A DNA stretch of 64,000 nucleotides from Eledone cirrhosa (lineage: Eukaryota), in NCBI GenBank assembly GCA_964016885.1, contig OZ024740.1, positions 132,866,001 to 132,930,000 of the forward strand. Reading direction: 5' to 3'. The position numbers were made by a program, and so were the translations under genes. Shown in pieces: positions 41,955-56,739 of this stretch (the stretch's first letter is position 1; each line of letters opens with the position of its first letter). The notes beneath the pieces were generated by a model that was not told the origin of the DNA, did no database searches, and saw only the letters and a program-made list of their open reading frames with translations.

Positions 41955-44900
41955 GGCCACCTACATAGTAAATCGTATTATCGTGAGCTCCGCAAAGGTT
42001 TGTTATTTTCAGTTGTATAAAATTGGCATTTATGGAAATTTGTTATTGTTAACTGTATATAAGTGCAGATACATTGATTTCTGAAAAGGACACTCAAAAA
42101 TATTAGGGCCGTGAGTCCAAAATTTAAACTTTTTATAATTATCAAACAAAACAAACTTCTTTGAAAAATCATGGACGACTCAGAGTCACTCCTTCCTCAC
42201 ACACTAACACCTCACACCGACACCACCATTGTACATATTACTACGTTTGCTAACACTAAAAATATAAGCAGTAGCAATAATTTAAATCTGTCTCAGGCAG
42301 ACATTCATTTCCCACCATTACCAATGACTGCAGGTTTTAAAGCCGCTACCCCCACCACAACCACCACAGCGACAACCCCCATCACCACCACCACAGCAAC
42401 AACAGAAACAAAAGAAAAAAAATTAAGTCGTGATATCGAAATGAATTCAACCAAAATGAACTCTTCCACACCGAACACCACTGACGCCACCACCACCACA
42501 ACTGAAACTAAAATTAACAATAACAAAAATAACGATAGCAACAACAGCAACAATGAAATTAAGAAAACTACCCTGAGTTTTGCCAGAGTAGCAAAAACGT
42601 GCGAAGCGATCCAGGTAACTCAGGGGGAATTAGAAGAAGCCAAAAGAATCGTAAAGAAAGATGGGTATAGGGTCAGCCTCACTCCCCCACCTAATAAAAT
42701 GGAGTACGTCGCCTATGCACCGTGTCTTATCGGACAATTAATAATAAATTCGCGCCGAGTGGAACGGGCATCCGAGTCCCAAATCCCAAAAGCTTTTGGA
42801 CATGTGTGGGCAAAAAAAACACACATCAGACGTGGGCAGAAATATTTAGAACCGTGGACGTGTTATTTGAAACACCACAGGAGGCCAGAGAATACTCCAT
42901 GGCCCCATTAAGTGGTGACGACTTCACACTCGTCCCAAGCTATTGTGGCCAGAGACTTGTGAAGATCAGGCTGACTCACGTTCCACCGGCCATCGAAATT
43001 CCCTGGCTAATGGCTGCCGTCCTGGCCGGCATCGAGTCCAACACCCAGATAATCGAAATAGCAATTGCAAAAGCAGGAGAACTGGCCGGATCTGGGATGG
43101 AGCTCCTGATCCAAACGGACCATAAAAGTATTGAGGAGATCCCAGAGGTAATAGACCTCACTGACGGCAGCCACCTCACCGTAATCGTCGAGTGCAGAAG
43201 ACCTAGGTGTGTCGTTTGTGGTGAAGGAACCCACCTAAGTGCGTTCTGCCCTCAGGCTAAAAGGTTGAGGCCACCTCTCTTTCCCACCCCAGTGACTCAA
43301 CCATCAACACCACCAGCAGCAGAAATGGCAGCAACGACTGTAGCAGCAACAACAGAAGCAACTGTAACAGCAACAACCTCAGCAACAGTAGCAAAACCAA
43401 CACCACCACCACCAACGCGCCAGAACTGGCACCAGCACCTATACCATCCACCACGCCACAACCAAAACCAACGCCTGTGGAGGAATTTTCACTCCCCGAC
43501 TTATCGCAACTGGAGACAGATTGTGACGACGAGGTGTGGGAAACTGTATCAGGAAAAAAGAAAAAAAGAAACCAAAAATGAAAAAATTATCTTCCTTCCC
43601 CCTCCAAAAACAAAATACAGAGGGAAACAAATAAATTATCAAACAAAAAATTTAGGACAGGTATGCCACACCAGCATCACCAACCCCATCACCACAAATA
43701 CCAACACCATCACCATCATTAACCCCAACACCACCATCACCCACACCACAAAAGTCACCAAAAAGCGTAACAGAAACAAACCCATAACAAACACAAACAA
43801 AACAAAACAACCAAAACGATACACACTACACAGCATTAAATTTGAACAACAACCAGTTATTACACTACATGCAACACAACACCAGCATCACCGAAAAAGA
43901 CAACACAACAACTCAAAAGTTCACACCACCACCACACATACAAATCACTCGCATCACACAGAAAACGTACACGACACTAAAACAAAAATTCCCCAAAGAC
44001 ATCGGAGACTTCCGACAAACACTCTCCAGGAGGATTTATAAGGACATCCTTCCGGAGGAGGCCACAATCAGTGAAAAGGATAGATAAACCATCCTTCCTC
44101 TACGAGAAGTAAGGTAAGTGGTCTTACCCATCTTTTCCATCCATTTCAACATGACCTCACTCAGAATAGGCAGCATAAATGCGTGTGGCTTGGGGTCGTA
44201 ATGGAAGCAGGGCCACCTGCTCAACGACCTCAGGTCACTAAACATAGATGTAGTGGCCATCAGCGAGACTAGAATCTCTGAAGCACGGGCCTTCGCACCG
44301 ATTCTCGACGGCTACGATGTGTACGCATCTCCCAGCCGTCCGGGGTCGGGGGGTGGAGTTACTGTGTTTTTTCGGAGAGGTTTGGATCTCGCCATACGGG
44401 CCATCTTCCTGAACACAGAAGGTAAGTTGGTGGTACTAGACGTGACCAGCTGAAAAGGGCAAGCTTTCAGGCTAGTAGCCGTCTATGCCCCGACAGGAGC
44501 AGGGCGGCTTGATTTCTTCCGGCCTCTGGAGACCTTTCTTGGAACGTCCCGCTCTTTAGTATTAGTGGGCGACTGGAACGGGATCTTAGATGTACGCTGG
44601 GACTGTGTGGGATAGCGGATAGGGGAGGAGGGTGCAAGAGCCTCACCAACCTGCTCAGGCGTTTTGAACTGTCTGACAGGTACCGATTGGATTTCCCGAA
44701 TGTGCCAATGTGGATTTGGACAAATCGCATAGGGTCATCCAGTATTCTGTAGGGAAATAGATAGGTCTCGCATAGGCTGTCCACAATTCAAGATAGTCAG
44801 CTACACGGACCACAAATTCGTGATCTGTGTGCTTGACTTAGATAGGCTTCATAGACGAGGACCCGGCTACTGGAAGCTAAACGCGTCCTTACCAGCGCGC

Positions 44901-47791
44901 AAGGCCTACAGAGACCGGATTAGCGAACTAGTTAAGCGAGCGTTGATGGGGGACATCGTCAACAACAAGTGGTGGTTTGCTCTGAAAAGAGCAATTAGAA
45001 TAGAGTCCATTAGGTTTAGTAAGGCTTTAGCAATAGAGAAAATTAGAGCAGAGGGAGAATTAGTTAGAAAATTAGACGAGGCGCTTAGAAAAGGAGAGGC
45101 AACCGACGTACTTGTGGCGAAATTGGCCCTTGACCAATTCTTCAATGCAAAGCATCGAAGGCTGCGTTGTCAGAGCTAGGGTGCGTGCTCTCAGACACGA
45201 GGGGACGAAAGCCGTTCAATGGCCTCGAGTGGCGGAGGCGCGTCGTGGCAACGAAGCCACGATCCGGTCATTGGTGGACCACGACGGGCGCATGCTACTC
45301 GAACCCGGGCAAAGGTGAAGCTTTTCAGCGACATTTCACCCAGCTGTTCGGAGGCAGCGGCGGGCCGGGTAGAGGGATGGACTTTAGTGTCTACCACGAC
45401 GGACTGCCGCGGCACTCGGCCACTGAGGCGGAGTGTTGCGAAAGCCGATAACAGCTGCTGAAGTACGGGAGGCAATGACTGGCTGCACAAGGGGTAAATC
45501 GCCTGGTTTGGATGGTCTGCCCTATGAACTTTACGTACAGATGCCAGACTTGTTCGTAGGCCTGTTGGCGGACGACTACTGCAACTAGCAACAGAACGGG
45601 AGAATTCCCAGCGCTTTTGAGAAAGGATCCGAACAAGGGGGATAACATAGATAATTTCAGGCCCATAACTCTGCTAAACACAGAGTTCAAGATTTTGGCC
45701 AAATTGCTAGCAAAGAGGTTAGCGCTTGTCGTTGGTGGTCTGGTGGGAGAGGCGCAGACGTGCGCATTCCCGAGAGATCCATCCACGACAACCTCCACCT
45801 CATGCGATACATCGTAGAGAGAGGAGCTAGGGAACCTGGCATGGGTGGGTCCTTGGCCAATTTAGATCAGTCGAAAGCTTTCGATAGGGTCGACCATTGT
45901 TACCTAGCGGCTGTCCAGAGGGCGGCTGGCTTTGGGCCCGTCTTCAGAGGCTGGATCGCTGCCATGCACAGCGACATCTGCTCTGTGGTGAGAGTGAACG
46001 GTCACCTTTCGGAACCGTTCAATATCATGCGCTCGGTCCGCCAAGGATATCCCCTCTCGTCCCTCTTGTACGTATTGACTCTCGAGCCATTACTGCACAA
46101 ACTGGTGACGTTGAGGGGGGTCCCGCGCGAACCAGGATGCGGAAGATCCGTGTCAGCATATGCGGACGATGTCACCGTAGTGGTGTCGAGACGATCGGCA
46201 CTACACTAAGAGAATACGAAGCGGTGACAGGAGCAATGATCAACCAGGAAAAGTCAGTGGGCCTGCAGCTCGGCACCTGGAGAGGCAGGTCCATGCCGTC
46301 CAACAGCGTCGTCGGCCGCTGGATGGACGGACCGGTTAAATTCCTAGGGGTCTGGTTCGGTCCGGACCTCCAGACGGACAAAAACTGGGACGAGGTGACG
46401 ATCAGGGTGGCTTCTCTCACCCAGAAATGGGCGGAGAGGAAGCTATCCCTGAAAGGTCGAGCGGAGGTGGCTAACGCGTACATCGTGTCCGTAATCTCCT
46501 ACCGCCCGACCGTCGTACCTTGTCCTAAGCCCCGCCTGACCGCGCTGGAGCGTTTGCTCTTTCGCTTTTTGTGGAAGGGACGCCCTCCAATGGTAAGGCG
46601 GTCCATCTTCTGTCAACACCCACTACGTGGAGGGCTGGGCATGCCGTGGCTGATGATGCGCAGACTCGCGCTCAGGCTACGACATCTCCACCTCTTCCTC
46701 GACGGTGAGCTGGTGTGGTCGCCGTTTGCTAGACATGTCTTTCCCCAGCTCGTCTCCTTGACGGAGCTGCAGTCCTGGGTCAAGCAAAGACCGAGAGGGT
46801 GCGCTTGGAGACTGGAATGTCTTCAGGCGCTCACAGCCCTCGACCAATCGGGCAATGTGATCGGTGGAAACTCCACCTTGGCGTTTTATAGAGGATTAGT
46901 GGAGGGGAAGATCGACGACGTACGTACTTGGAGAAACTCTAGGCGTCGAAGAAAATCAACTAGCCAATCTCTTCGGAAGGACTTTCGGGCCGGGACCTAT
47001 GGACAACTTCCAGAAATCTCTGGCCTGGCAGTGCTACCGAGGAGCTTTGCCAGTTCGGCATAAACTATACAGGCATGGGGGTGCCGTCAGCTGGGCATGT
47101 CCGAGATTGGCGCAGGGCGACAACACCGTCCTGCACGCACTCGTCTAGTGTTCGAGCATTGCTGACTTGTGGGTTTATGTCGAACACCTGCTGTCACGTG
47201 TAGGACGAATCCGGCTATCATCTGAGTCCATCGTGAGGATTGCCCCGCCCTCCTCCTTTAGCCGGGAAGAGCAGGCAGTTTTTATCTGTCTGGTGGCCAT
47301 GGCGAAAGAGATAGTATGGTGGACACGTTTGAAAGGGCTGAAGACGAGCACTTACCTCTTCGATGATGCCCTGATTAACTTTTTCAAATTTCATTTGAAA
47401 AGGAAAATCAGGGTAGAGGGGGAAGTGCTATCTTCCCAGCATTTTGTTGAAAGATGGGTGAGAGAAGCAAGTATGGCCCGAGTGAATGGGCCTACTCTGA
47501 GTATGAGTCTGTAAATTAAAGGTGGAAAAGTGAGAGAGGGCACTTGCCCAGGTGGTCAGGGTCACTGTGGCCTTTTAATGGGCTTTCTCCACAACAGTCC
47601 CTCCGAAGTCTCCCCCCTATTGGGGAATTTTTCATTGTTATTTTTTGTTACATCCTCTGTTTTTGTTTTTTACACGCAGAAATGCCCATTTGTACTGTCC
47701 TGCATAGTCCTGCACTGTCCTTAATGTCTACTTTATGTAAACCCTTGTCGTTAATAAAGAAATCATTATTATTATTATTATTATTATTATT
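41955..47791 (+). mobile_element. Tx1/L1-type LINE copy 1, near full length, disrupted
   Basis: ORF1 from 42171 with knuckle CVVCGEGTHLSAFC; ORF2 44151-47514 with APE (AISETR, GDWN, TDHK), RT (LDQSKAFDRV, SVRQG, AYADDVT); ends AATAAAGAAATC(ATT)n. Confidence 0.93.
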
Positions 47792-48003
47792 GACGAAAGT
47801 GGATGTACGTTTTTTGAAGCTCCGTGAGTAAGCAATTTTTTGAGGATTAATTGTGGAGAATTGTTCATTTTTTTGTACCACTGAAGCATTATAAGACATT
47901 CATTTGTATCCTGTGAAGGAATAACTCATAATATTTTTGCCTTTTGGCCCAAATATTTGAACTTTATTTTGGAAAAATAATAATTTTTTTTTCTCAAAAA
48001 AAC

Positions 48004-49913
48004 ATGGCGGAGCCACGCCCCCTAGAGGCGGGTCTGCTGTCGTGCAACGGCGACTTGAGCGTTGAGAGGAGAGGTGGGGCGAGGAGCGCCACCAGCACGA
48101 GTGTGAGCAGCGACAGTGCCAGCACCAACGGGCCGAGCGGCGCGGAAGGTGGTAACAGCGACAACACCAACACCAACAAGCCGAACAGCGCAGAAGGTGG
48201 TAATAGCGAGAGCACCAACAAAACGAACAGCACAGAGAGTAATAGTAGCGACAGCAGCAGCACCAACAAGGCCAACAGCACAGAGGGTAACCACGACACA
48301 GGGGAGAACAACAACAGCAATAGCAGCAGCAACACCAACAAGAACAACAACAGTGACAACACCAACAAGAACACCTTCGCTGCTGTGGCAGCGGCTAAAA
48401 GGAGACCATGCTACAGCATCGACTTAACCAACAGAGAGGAAAAGTTGGCCCAGGCCTGGAAAATCATAAATCAAGAGCAGACCTGGGCAAACTTAACTGT
48501 CCCGGCAGAAGCCATTGAGGCAGTGGAAAAAAGAACGGTGCATTTCAGATGCATCTCAGTAGAGACAAAGAGGGCAGCGATAATCGCCCAAGCTGATATA
48601 GAAGCCGCACTGAAATACATCAGAGAGGACACAGACATCATAGAGAGGGGCAGGCAATACGGCACCGTTTCGGTGCTGTTCAAGTCTGAAGCCCTCGCTG
48701 TGAAGCATTCAATGACCCCTTGCAAAACCAGCAAGGTCATAATGTACCCCTCCCACATGGGAAAACGAATAGCACGTGTGCGCATTCCCAGGATTCCACC
48801 AGGACTTGATATGTGGTGGCTCCTGGGTTGCGTAATCGTGGAAGGAACGGATACAGTCCCGGTAGAGGCAACGAGAACTGCCAGGGACGACTGGTCCGGG
48901 GTTGATCTGGAGATACTGCTCCAAATCAGACCCGAAAACGTAAAAGCAATCCCGGACCACATCCGCCTCCAAAACGGGAGGGTGTTGCATATAATGACTG
49001 AGGGCAAAAGGCCGCATTGTTTCCTTTGTGGGGAAACGACACACTTGCGAGCCTTCTGCCCTCAACTGCGGAAAAGCGCAAGGGGTCGAAAGATTTCACT
49101 GCTGGTGACGCCGGGACAAGGACCACCAGCAACACCGTCAACAATGGAACCACCAAAATTGCACACCCAGGGGGGAAACGAGGAAAGCTCTCCCATTCCT
49201 CCTCCCCCCCAAAATACACACACGAACAAGAACATAAACACTCACTCAGACACAAACACGCTCACAGCCACAGACCCCTCATCCTCCAGCAGTGAAGATG
49301 AGGGAAAACCAAAGTCCCCCAAAATACAAAAAACAAAACACAGAAAAAAAAGAAATCCACAAAGCACAAACACCCCCACAAAAAAAATACACACACCACC
49401 CACACAAACATTTTCCCCACAGCATCACCAACACAACCGCCAAAATCCCCTAAACGCAAACAAGCTAAACAGACACAAGAACAAATAGACACACAAACAT
49501 CAGAAACTACAGACACCCCACCCACAACAAACGCAGACACAATAGAAACAACACTAACAAAGCTATCACCACCACAATCACACGAACAAATAAAACCCGA
49601 GCAACAAAACATTAAAAACTTCGTGCTTGCCAGAAGGGCCAACAAGGAATTGATGGCCCATGTAGCACGAAGCACAAACATCGAAAAAGAGGGGGAAACA
49701 TTTGAAGCGAGCACATTTCGCGTACCAGATAATTTGCTTCTGATGCGAATGTCGCTCGCTTCATACAAAGAAATTCGAAAGAGCTTTCCTCGGGATGTGG
49801 GAACCCCGAACGTAAAACCCACTTCAAGACTATTAAAGGGGTTCGCAAAAGAAACCCCACAAACCATGGAGGTCGAACCACCCGACCTTCACAAGACCCC
49901 GGAAGGTAAGTAA
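48004..49913 (+). pseudogene. ORF1 (gag-like, CCHC knuckle), probably frameshifted in the low-complexity tail
   Basis: CFLCGETTHLRAFC; core homologous to ORF1 of copy 1. Confidence 0.8.
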
Positions 49914-49942
49914 ACCTTTCCTCTCCCATTCATCCTGCCAGC

Positions 49943-52900
49943 ATGGCCATAAGAGTAGGAAGTTTAAATGTTCGTGGCCTGGGGTCGCCCTGGAAGCAAG
50001 GTCACTTGCTCAACGACCTCAGGTCACTAGGAATGGATGTAATTGCCATCAGCGAGACCAGAATTTCCGACACACGCGCACTGGCGCCGATTTTCGACGA
50101 TTATCAGATCTTTGCATCTGTTAGTCGGCCGGGAATGGGAGGTGGAGTGGCTGTGCTGTTTAGGAAATGTCTGGATTTCGAGGTAAGGTCAATCTTCCGG
50201 GATCCTGACGGAAAGTTGGTGGTCCTGGACGTGAGCAATAGCGAAGGTGATGCCTTTAGACTGGTGGCCGTCTACGCCCCTACTGGGGCGGGTCGGCCGG
50301 ACTTCTTTAGGCGCCTGGAAAACTTTCTGCTTACGTCTCGCCCTTTACTGTTAATAGGGGATTGGAATGGCATCTTAGAAGCCCGCTGGGATTGTGTGGG
50401 AGTATCTGATAGGAGCGGGGGGTGCAAAAGCCTCAAGTACCTGATCAGCCAGTTTCAACTGTCTGACAGGTACCGACTAGATTTCCCTAATGCGCCAGTA
50501 TGGACCTGGACCAATCGCATAGGGTCATCTAGATCGTACATAAATAGGATTTTCATTAGGAAAAGAGATAGAAATAGTGTAGGATGTCCACATTTTAAAA
50601 CGGTTGCCTATTCAGATCACAAGCTTGTGATCTGTATGGTCGACCTAGATAAGACACGTAGGTTAGGACCTAGCTACTGGAAGCTAAACATGTCGTTTCC
50701 GGCACGTAAAGCTTACAGGGACCGGGTCAACAACTTAGTTAAGCAAAAGTTGACAGGGGGGGTTGTCAACAACAGGTGGTGGGGGGCTCTCAAAAGAGAG
50801 ATTAGAGCAACCTCGATTGGATTTAGCAAAGAAGTAGCAATAGAGAAAAATAGAAAGGAGGAGGGGCTGATAGCTAAGTTAGACGAGGCTATTTGTAGTG
50901 GCATTGCAACAGACGTGCTAGCGGCGAGAATGGCACTAGACCATTTCTTCAATGCGAAACACGAAGGTTGCATTGTCAGAGCTAAGGTGCGTGCTCTGAG
51001 GAACGAGGGAACCAAAGCTGCCCGATGGGCTCGCTTTGCAGAGACGCAGCGTGGAAATAAAACCACAATTCGGTCTTTGACGGATCGAGATGGACACGAA
51101 CTGAGCGATTCCAAGCAGATGTGTGAGGCCTTTCGCCAGCACTTTGCTCGATTGTTCGGGAGGATGGGTGAGTCGGAGACGGCGGCGGACTTCAGTCCCT
51201 ACCTCGACGGCTTGCCACGCCTCTCGACGGCCGACGCTGAGCGCTGCGAAGAGCCTATAACATCAGTCGAAATTCAGGACGCCCTTGTCGGCTGCTCGAG
51301 TTGCAAGTCACCCGGTTTGGATGGTCTGCCCTACGAGCTTTACGTAAATATGCCAGACTTGTTCTCCGATCTCCTCGAAGCGCTCTACTGCAACTGGCAG
51401 CAGAACGGGAGCATTCCCAGTTCTGTGAGCCGTGGCGTAGTGACGCTGATAAGGAAAGCCGAGAACAAGAGGGACACACTAGATAATTTCAGGCCCATAA
51501 CCCTGCTCAACACAGAGTTTAAGATTTTGGCCAAGGTGTTAGCGAAAAGGTTGGCGCTTGTCGTCAAAGATTTGGTTGGGGAGGCGCAAACTTGCGCAAT
51601 CCCGACCAGGTCCATACACGACAACCTCCACCTCATGCGATACATCATAGAGAGGGTTGGGTGCAAACCTGGCTTCGGTGGGGCTCTGATCAATCGATAG
51701 GGTCGAACATCGGTACTTGGAGGCTGTCCTCGAGGCGGCTGGCTTCGGCCCCGTCTTCAGAAGCTGGATCGCTGCAATGTACAGCGGCATCTGCTCGGTG
51801 GTCAAAGTTAATGGCCACCTCTCGGAACCGTTTCAGATCTCTCGATCGGTCCGTCAAGGGTGCCCTCTCTCCTCACTTCTGTACGTATTGACTCTTGAGC
51901 CCCTACTGTGGAAGCTGGAGTTGTTGCAGGGCATCCCGCTCGAACCGGGACGTAGAAAGGCTGCGTCCGCCTGTGCGGACGACATCACCGTGATGGTGTC
52001 GGACACCTCGGAAATCGAGGTGATCCGCACCCATTTGGAGGAATATGAAAGGTTGACGGGAGCAAAGCTTAACCCGGAAAAGTCGGTGGGCTTGCAGCTC
52101 GGCACCTGGAGAGGCAAGTCCATGCCGTCCAACAGCGTCGTTGGGCGCTGGACACACGGACCGGTAAAGTTGCTCGGGGTTTGGTTTGGACCAGACCTCC
52201 AGGTGGATAAGATTTGGGACGAGGTGACGAGCAGGATAGCCAACCTCACCCAGAAATGGGCTGAGAGAAAGCTATCACTGAAAGGGCGGGCGGAGGTGGC
52301 GAACGCGTACATCGCGTCCGTCATCTACTACCGCCTGACCGTCGTGCCTTGCCCCCGTCCACGCCTCGCCAATTTGGAACGGCTCCTTTTCAAATTTTTG
52401 TGGAGGGGACGGGTCCCGTTGGTGAGGCGGTCCATCTGCTGCCAGCACCCTCTTCCTGGAGGGCTGGGCATGCCGTGGCTAATGATGCGCAGACATGCGC
52501 TGAGGCTGCGACATCTCCAGATATTTTGCCTAAACGGTGAACAGGTGTGGTCGCCGTTTGTTAGTCGGGCCTTTCCGCAGCTCATCTCTTTGACTGAGCT
52601 GCAGTCCTGGGTCAAGAAGAGACCGAGACTGGGCGACTGGCATCTGGAATGTTGCCAGGCGCTCACTGCACTCTGCAAGGTGGGCAATGCGGTCAGTGGA
52701 ACTTCCACTCAAGATTTCTATAGAGGATTAGTGGAGGGCAAGTACGATGACGTACTAGGAGAGGCTCTAGGCGTCAACGAAGTAGAAGTGACCAGTATGT
52801 TCCGGAGGACTTTCGAGCCGGGGACGATGGATAACTTCCAGAAATCCCTCGCTTGGCAGTGCTACCGGGGGGCGCTGCCGGTTCGGGATAAACTCTACAG

Positions 52901-53342
52901 GCACGGAAGTGCTGTCAGACGAACCTGCCCGAGATGCGCGCAGAGCGACGAAACCGTTCTGCACGCACTCGTCCAGTGTCCGTGCATTGCTGACTTGTGG
53001 GGTTATGTCGAACAGCTATTGTCGCGTGTAGAACGGATCCGGCTATCGTCCGAGTCCATAGTGAAGATTGACCCGCCGCCTTCTTTTGGTCAGGAAGGGC
53101 AGGCAATTTTCCTCTGCCTGGTGGCAGTAGCGAAATAGGTTGCATGGTGGACCAGGTTGAAAGGACTGAAGACAGACACTTTTCTCTTCGGCCAATCCCT
53201 CATCAACTTCTTCAAGTTTCACTTGGAAAGGAAGGTGAGGGTGGAGAGAGAAGTGCTGCCCCCCAGTACATTTACTGAAAGGTGGGTGAATGTGGCGAGA
53301 ATGGCCCGCTTGAGTGGGCCTACTCTGATCATGCACCTGTAG
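49943..53342 (+). pseudogene. ORF2 (APE, RT, CCHC) with a deletion near 51694, YADD changed to CADD, and a stop at 53136
   Basis: GSLNVRGL, ISETR, AVYAP, IGDWN, SDHK, SPGLDGL, FRPITLLN, SVRQGCPLS, CPRCAQSDETVLHALVQC. Confidence 0.92.
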
Positions 53343-54856
53343 GCTGGTGAATTCGAGAAGGAGAGGGGTGCCCTTCCCGGGTGCCCTAGGAGCGTCGGGT
53401 GGCTCAGGACTGGTGGGGTGCTTGAGTCAACCCAGGGTGGTGATCCCTCTTATTGGGGAACTTTCATTGTTGTATTTTTATTGTTATTTTGTTTTTTGTT
53501 ATTTATACTTACTCGATCTCTATGTAAACCCCCACTGTCCCTGTCTATTGTGTTGTCCCCTATATGTCGGCCCTTGTGGCCAATAAATGAAATCATTATT
53601 ATTATTATTATTATTATTATGCTGTCATATTATGATTAATGTTAACAAAAAACATTATTATCCATGTTGATTTCATTGTTGTTATTTCCAATGTTAGAAA
53701 GATTATTAGTAGTAGCTGTATCTCGTAAGAGATGTAATGGTAATTATTTATATTTTTTCTAACAAGCTTTTAAAAAATGATATGCTGTCATGTATCGTCT
53801 TTTCAAATGGAAGTGTTAAAGCTACATTGGCTTTTACACCGCTTCTTTTTAATTATTTACTAAATACAATGTTAAATAGAAGCCATTAACATCAGTTAAT
53901 CTAGATTTTTAAATCTTAATATCGCAAAGTATTTTTATGCTCAAAATTACTATATTCTGATTTTTGAAATCATATACGGAAGCCCTTTTTCTGTCAAATT
54001 CATACTTTTATTTTTGCTTTATACATTACCTGATCCAGTAGAGCTGTCATGAAAAGAGTCTCTGCTATGATTATACCGTAGAATTTTTTTTTTTTATATG
54101 TTTAGACTTAGTACATCATATATCTATAAATATCCTATCTAATGTCTTCTTTGCAAAGAATTGTTATAGGGTATACGCGATAGATGAAACATATGCTTCA
54201 CATCTAAAACGAGTCGTTTCTTCCAGCCCGGAGTAAATGTGATGGAAACTAAACTGCCATAAAAACTTTGTATGTGGTAATATACAATATTTCTTCGGCT
54301 GTTCTGTTTAAAATGTTTGCTTCGCAATGAGTGTTTTCCGAATAAATCTATTTTGATTAAACATTCCTACACGCAATCGGCTTGGAAACACATCAGCCAT
54401 CTTTAGCTTCTATTGAGTGGAAACAAGTCAGCTTTCTATATTTTCCATTGCATTGCCAGGTTCAAATCATAATGTACCTACAATACAGTCTGTCCCTGAC
54501 TCAAATTTTCTATTTCTATCTTCTATTTTATTTCTATCCTCTATCTTTGCTGTTTTGTTTGGGTTCAACGTCATCCTGTTACATAATTCTGTAAACAACA
54601 CCTAATGAACTCACCTGATATAATCGGATGTTAGAAATGGACCATCGAAATATGTATAGTGCTTTCGCTGAATTAAAATGCTAAAGTAAATAGTCACGTC
54701 TGGCCTTATGTAGTTGTTTTAATGAATACTTTACTCCGTTCCTCTAACAGCCAGTGGATACCACATCTACTATGAATGATTCCCACATCGTTGAAAGCTT
54801 CAATTTATCTATTTTATCATCATTTAGCACGGGTTCTACCCAATTGTAAATAGCCT

Positions 54857-54966
<110 letters not shown>

Positions 54967-55300
54967 TGTGTGTACGTGTGTGTGTGTGTGTGTGTGCGTG
55001 TGTGTGCGTGTGTCTGTGTGTGTGTTTGTGTGTGTGCACGCACGTGTTTCTGTGTGTAGCGTTGAATTATTATTGATATTATAATTCTTAAATTATATGA
55101 AATGCTATGAATATAAACATTTCATCTTAGTTTGGTTTGCACTTGTAATTGACAACAAGAGTGACTGTTACCAATGGCTCGTAAACAGAAGCATAAGATT
55201 ACAGAGTTTCTACAAAGCATTATATAATTTTGAAACTCTTAACGATCATACTGTAAGTTGTTCTGCATACCAAGAAAATTACAAATATTTTCTCCCACCC

Positions 55301-55379
<79 letters not shown>

Positions 55380-55382
55380 CTT

Positions 55383-55432
<50 letters not shown>

Positions 55433-55449
55433 GCATATATTTATATATG

Positions 55450-55693
55450 TATACAGAGGAGACTGAGGTTAGCTGGACATGCTCACCGACATCCAGAGTT
55501 GACATTGCACTCAGTGCTCCTTTGGGAGCCCCTACATGGACACACTAGAAGAGGAAGACCAAGGTTAGTCTATGTTGATGCCCTAAGGATAGACACTGGT
55601 CTGTTGGAGACGCAGGACATGGCAGCGATAATGAGGGACAGAGACCGCTGGAGAGAACTTGTCCATGGATCTCGGGAATTTTACCCGCCTTAG
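55450..55693 (+). mobile_element. 3' terminal fragment of an RTE-like LINE inside (TA)n
   Basis: [37 protein letters not shown]. Confidence 0.8.
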
Positions 55694-55724
<31 letters not shown>

Positions 55725-55831
55725 TAATATATACTAATATTTCTGCTCTGCGTATACGCATCGAGCTTAACTAGCTACCGTCATATATTTGGTAAGTCAG
55801 ACGTGATCATCGCGATTCACATACGACCTAC

Positions 55832-55975
<144 letters not shown>

Positions 55976-56543
55976 GTGTATGGTGTATGCATAAGTATTA
56001 GGTTTATATTGTTACATTGAAACGTTGAATATATACGTTTAATTCCGGTGGTGGTGAGTATCATGCTGTAAATATAGATGCAACCGCTGTATATTAACAT
56101 ACGTTGACAGTAATCTTATTTTTAAAATATCCTATATTCCATGATGATTAATAGAAATTTACATCCAAATGCACTTAACAGGTGAACCTAGTTAATGATG
56201 TGGTTCTACAGGTTAAAACAATTTTAGAAGTAGTAACATTTCAACCAAAGACACAAATAAAGCGCTCAGAGATTCTAGAATGGCCATTGGCTGACTTTTA
56301 TATTGATTTTTAGCTTGATACCGTGCTGATTGGGACTGCGCATGTCGTGGACATAATAGCACTACAAAAGGTTGAAGGTTAACCACTGTTACATCAGTTT
56401 GAGACAATACAAAATACAAAGAAATGACAATACAACAGCATTTCCTTTCACCTATCCAGAATGGTTCGTGAGTAACCATTGATTCCAGAAATTAGCTCCT
56501 CTACGTCTGTGCGTTTTCTTAATCATTTATTGAAACAAATCCT

Positions 56544-56599
<56 letters not shown>

Positions 56600-56739
56600 T
56601 CTCTCTCTGTCCCCCTTTCTCTCTCTCTCTCTCTCCCTCCCTATCTGTTCTAACCATCTCTCAGTCAGTCTCTCCATCTCTATCTATCCATCTATCAATC
56701 TCTCTCTCTCACTCTCTCTCTCTCTCTATATATATATAT

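Larger units (their letters stand above)
47792..53620 (+). mobile_element. Tx1/L1-type LINE copy 2 (different subfamily), near full length
   Basis: Two ORFs; ends AATAAATGAAATC(ATT)n. Confidence 0.93.
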
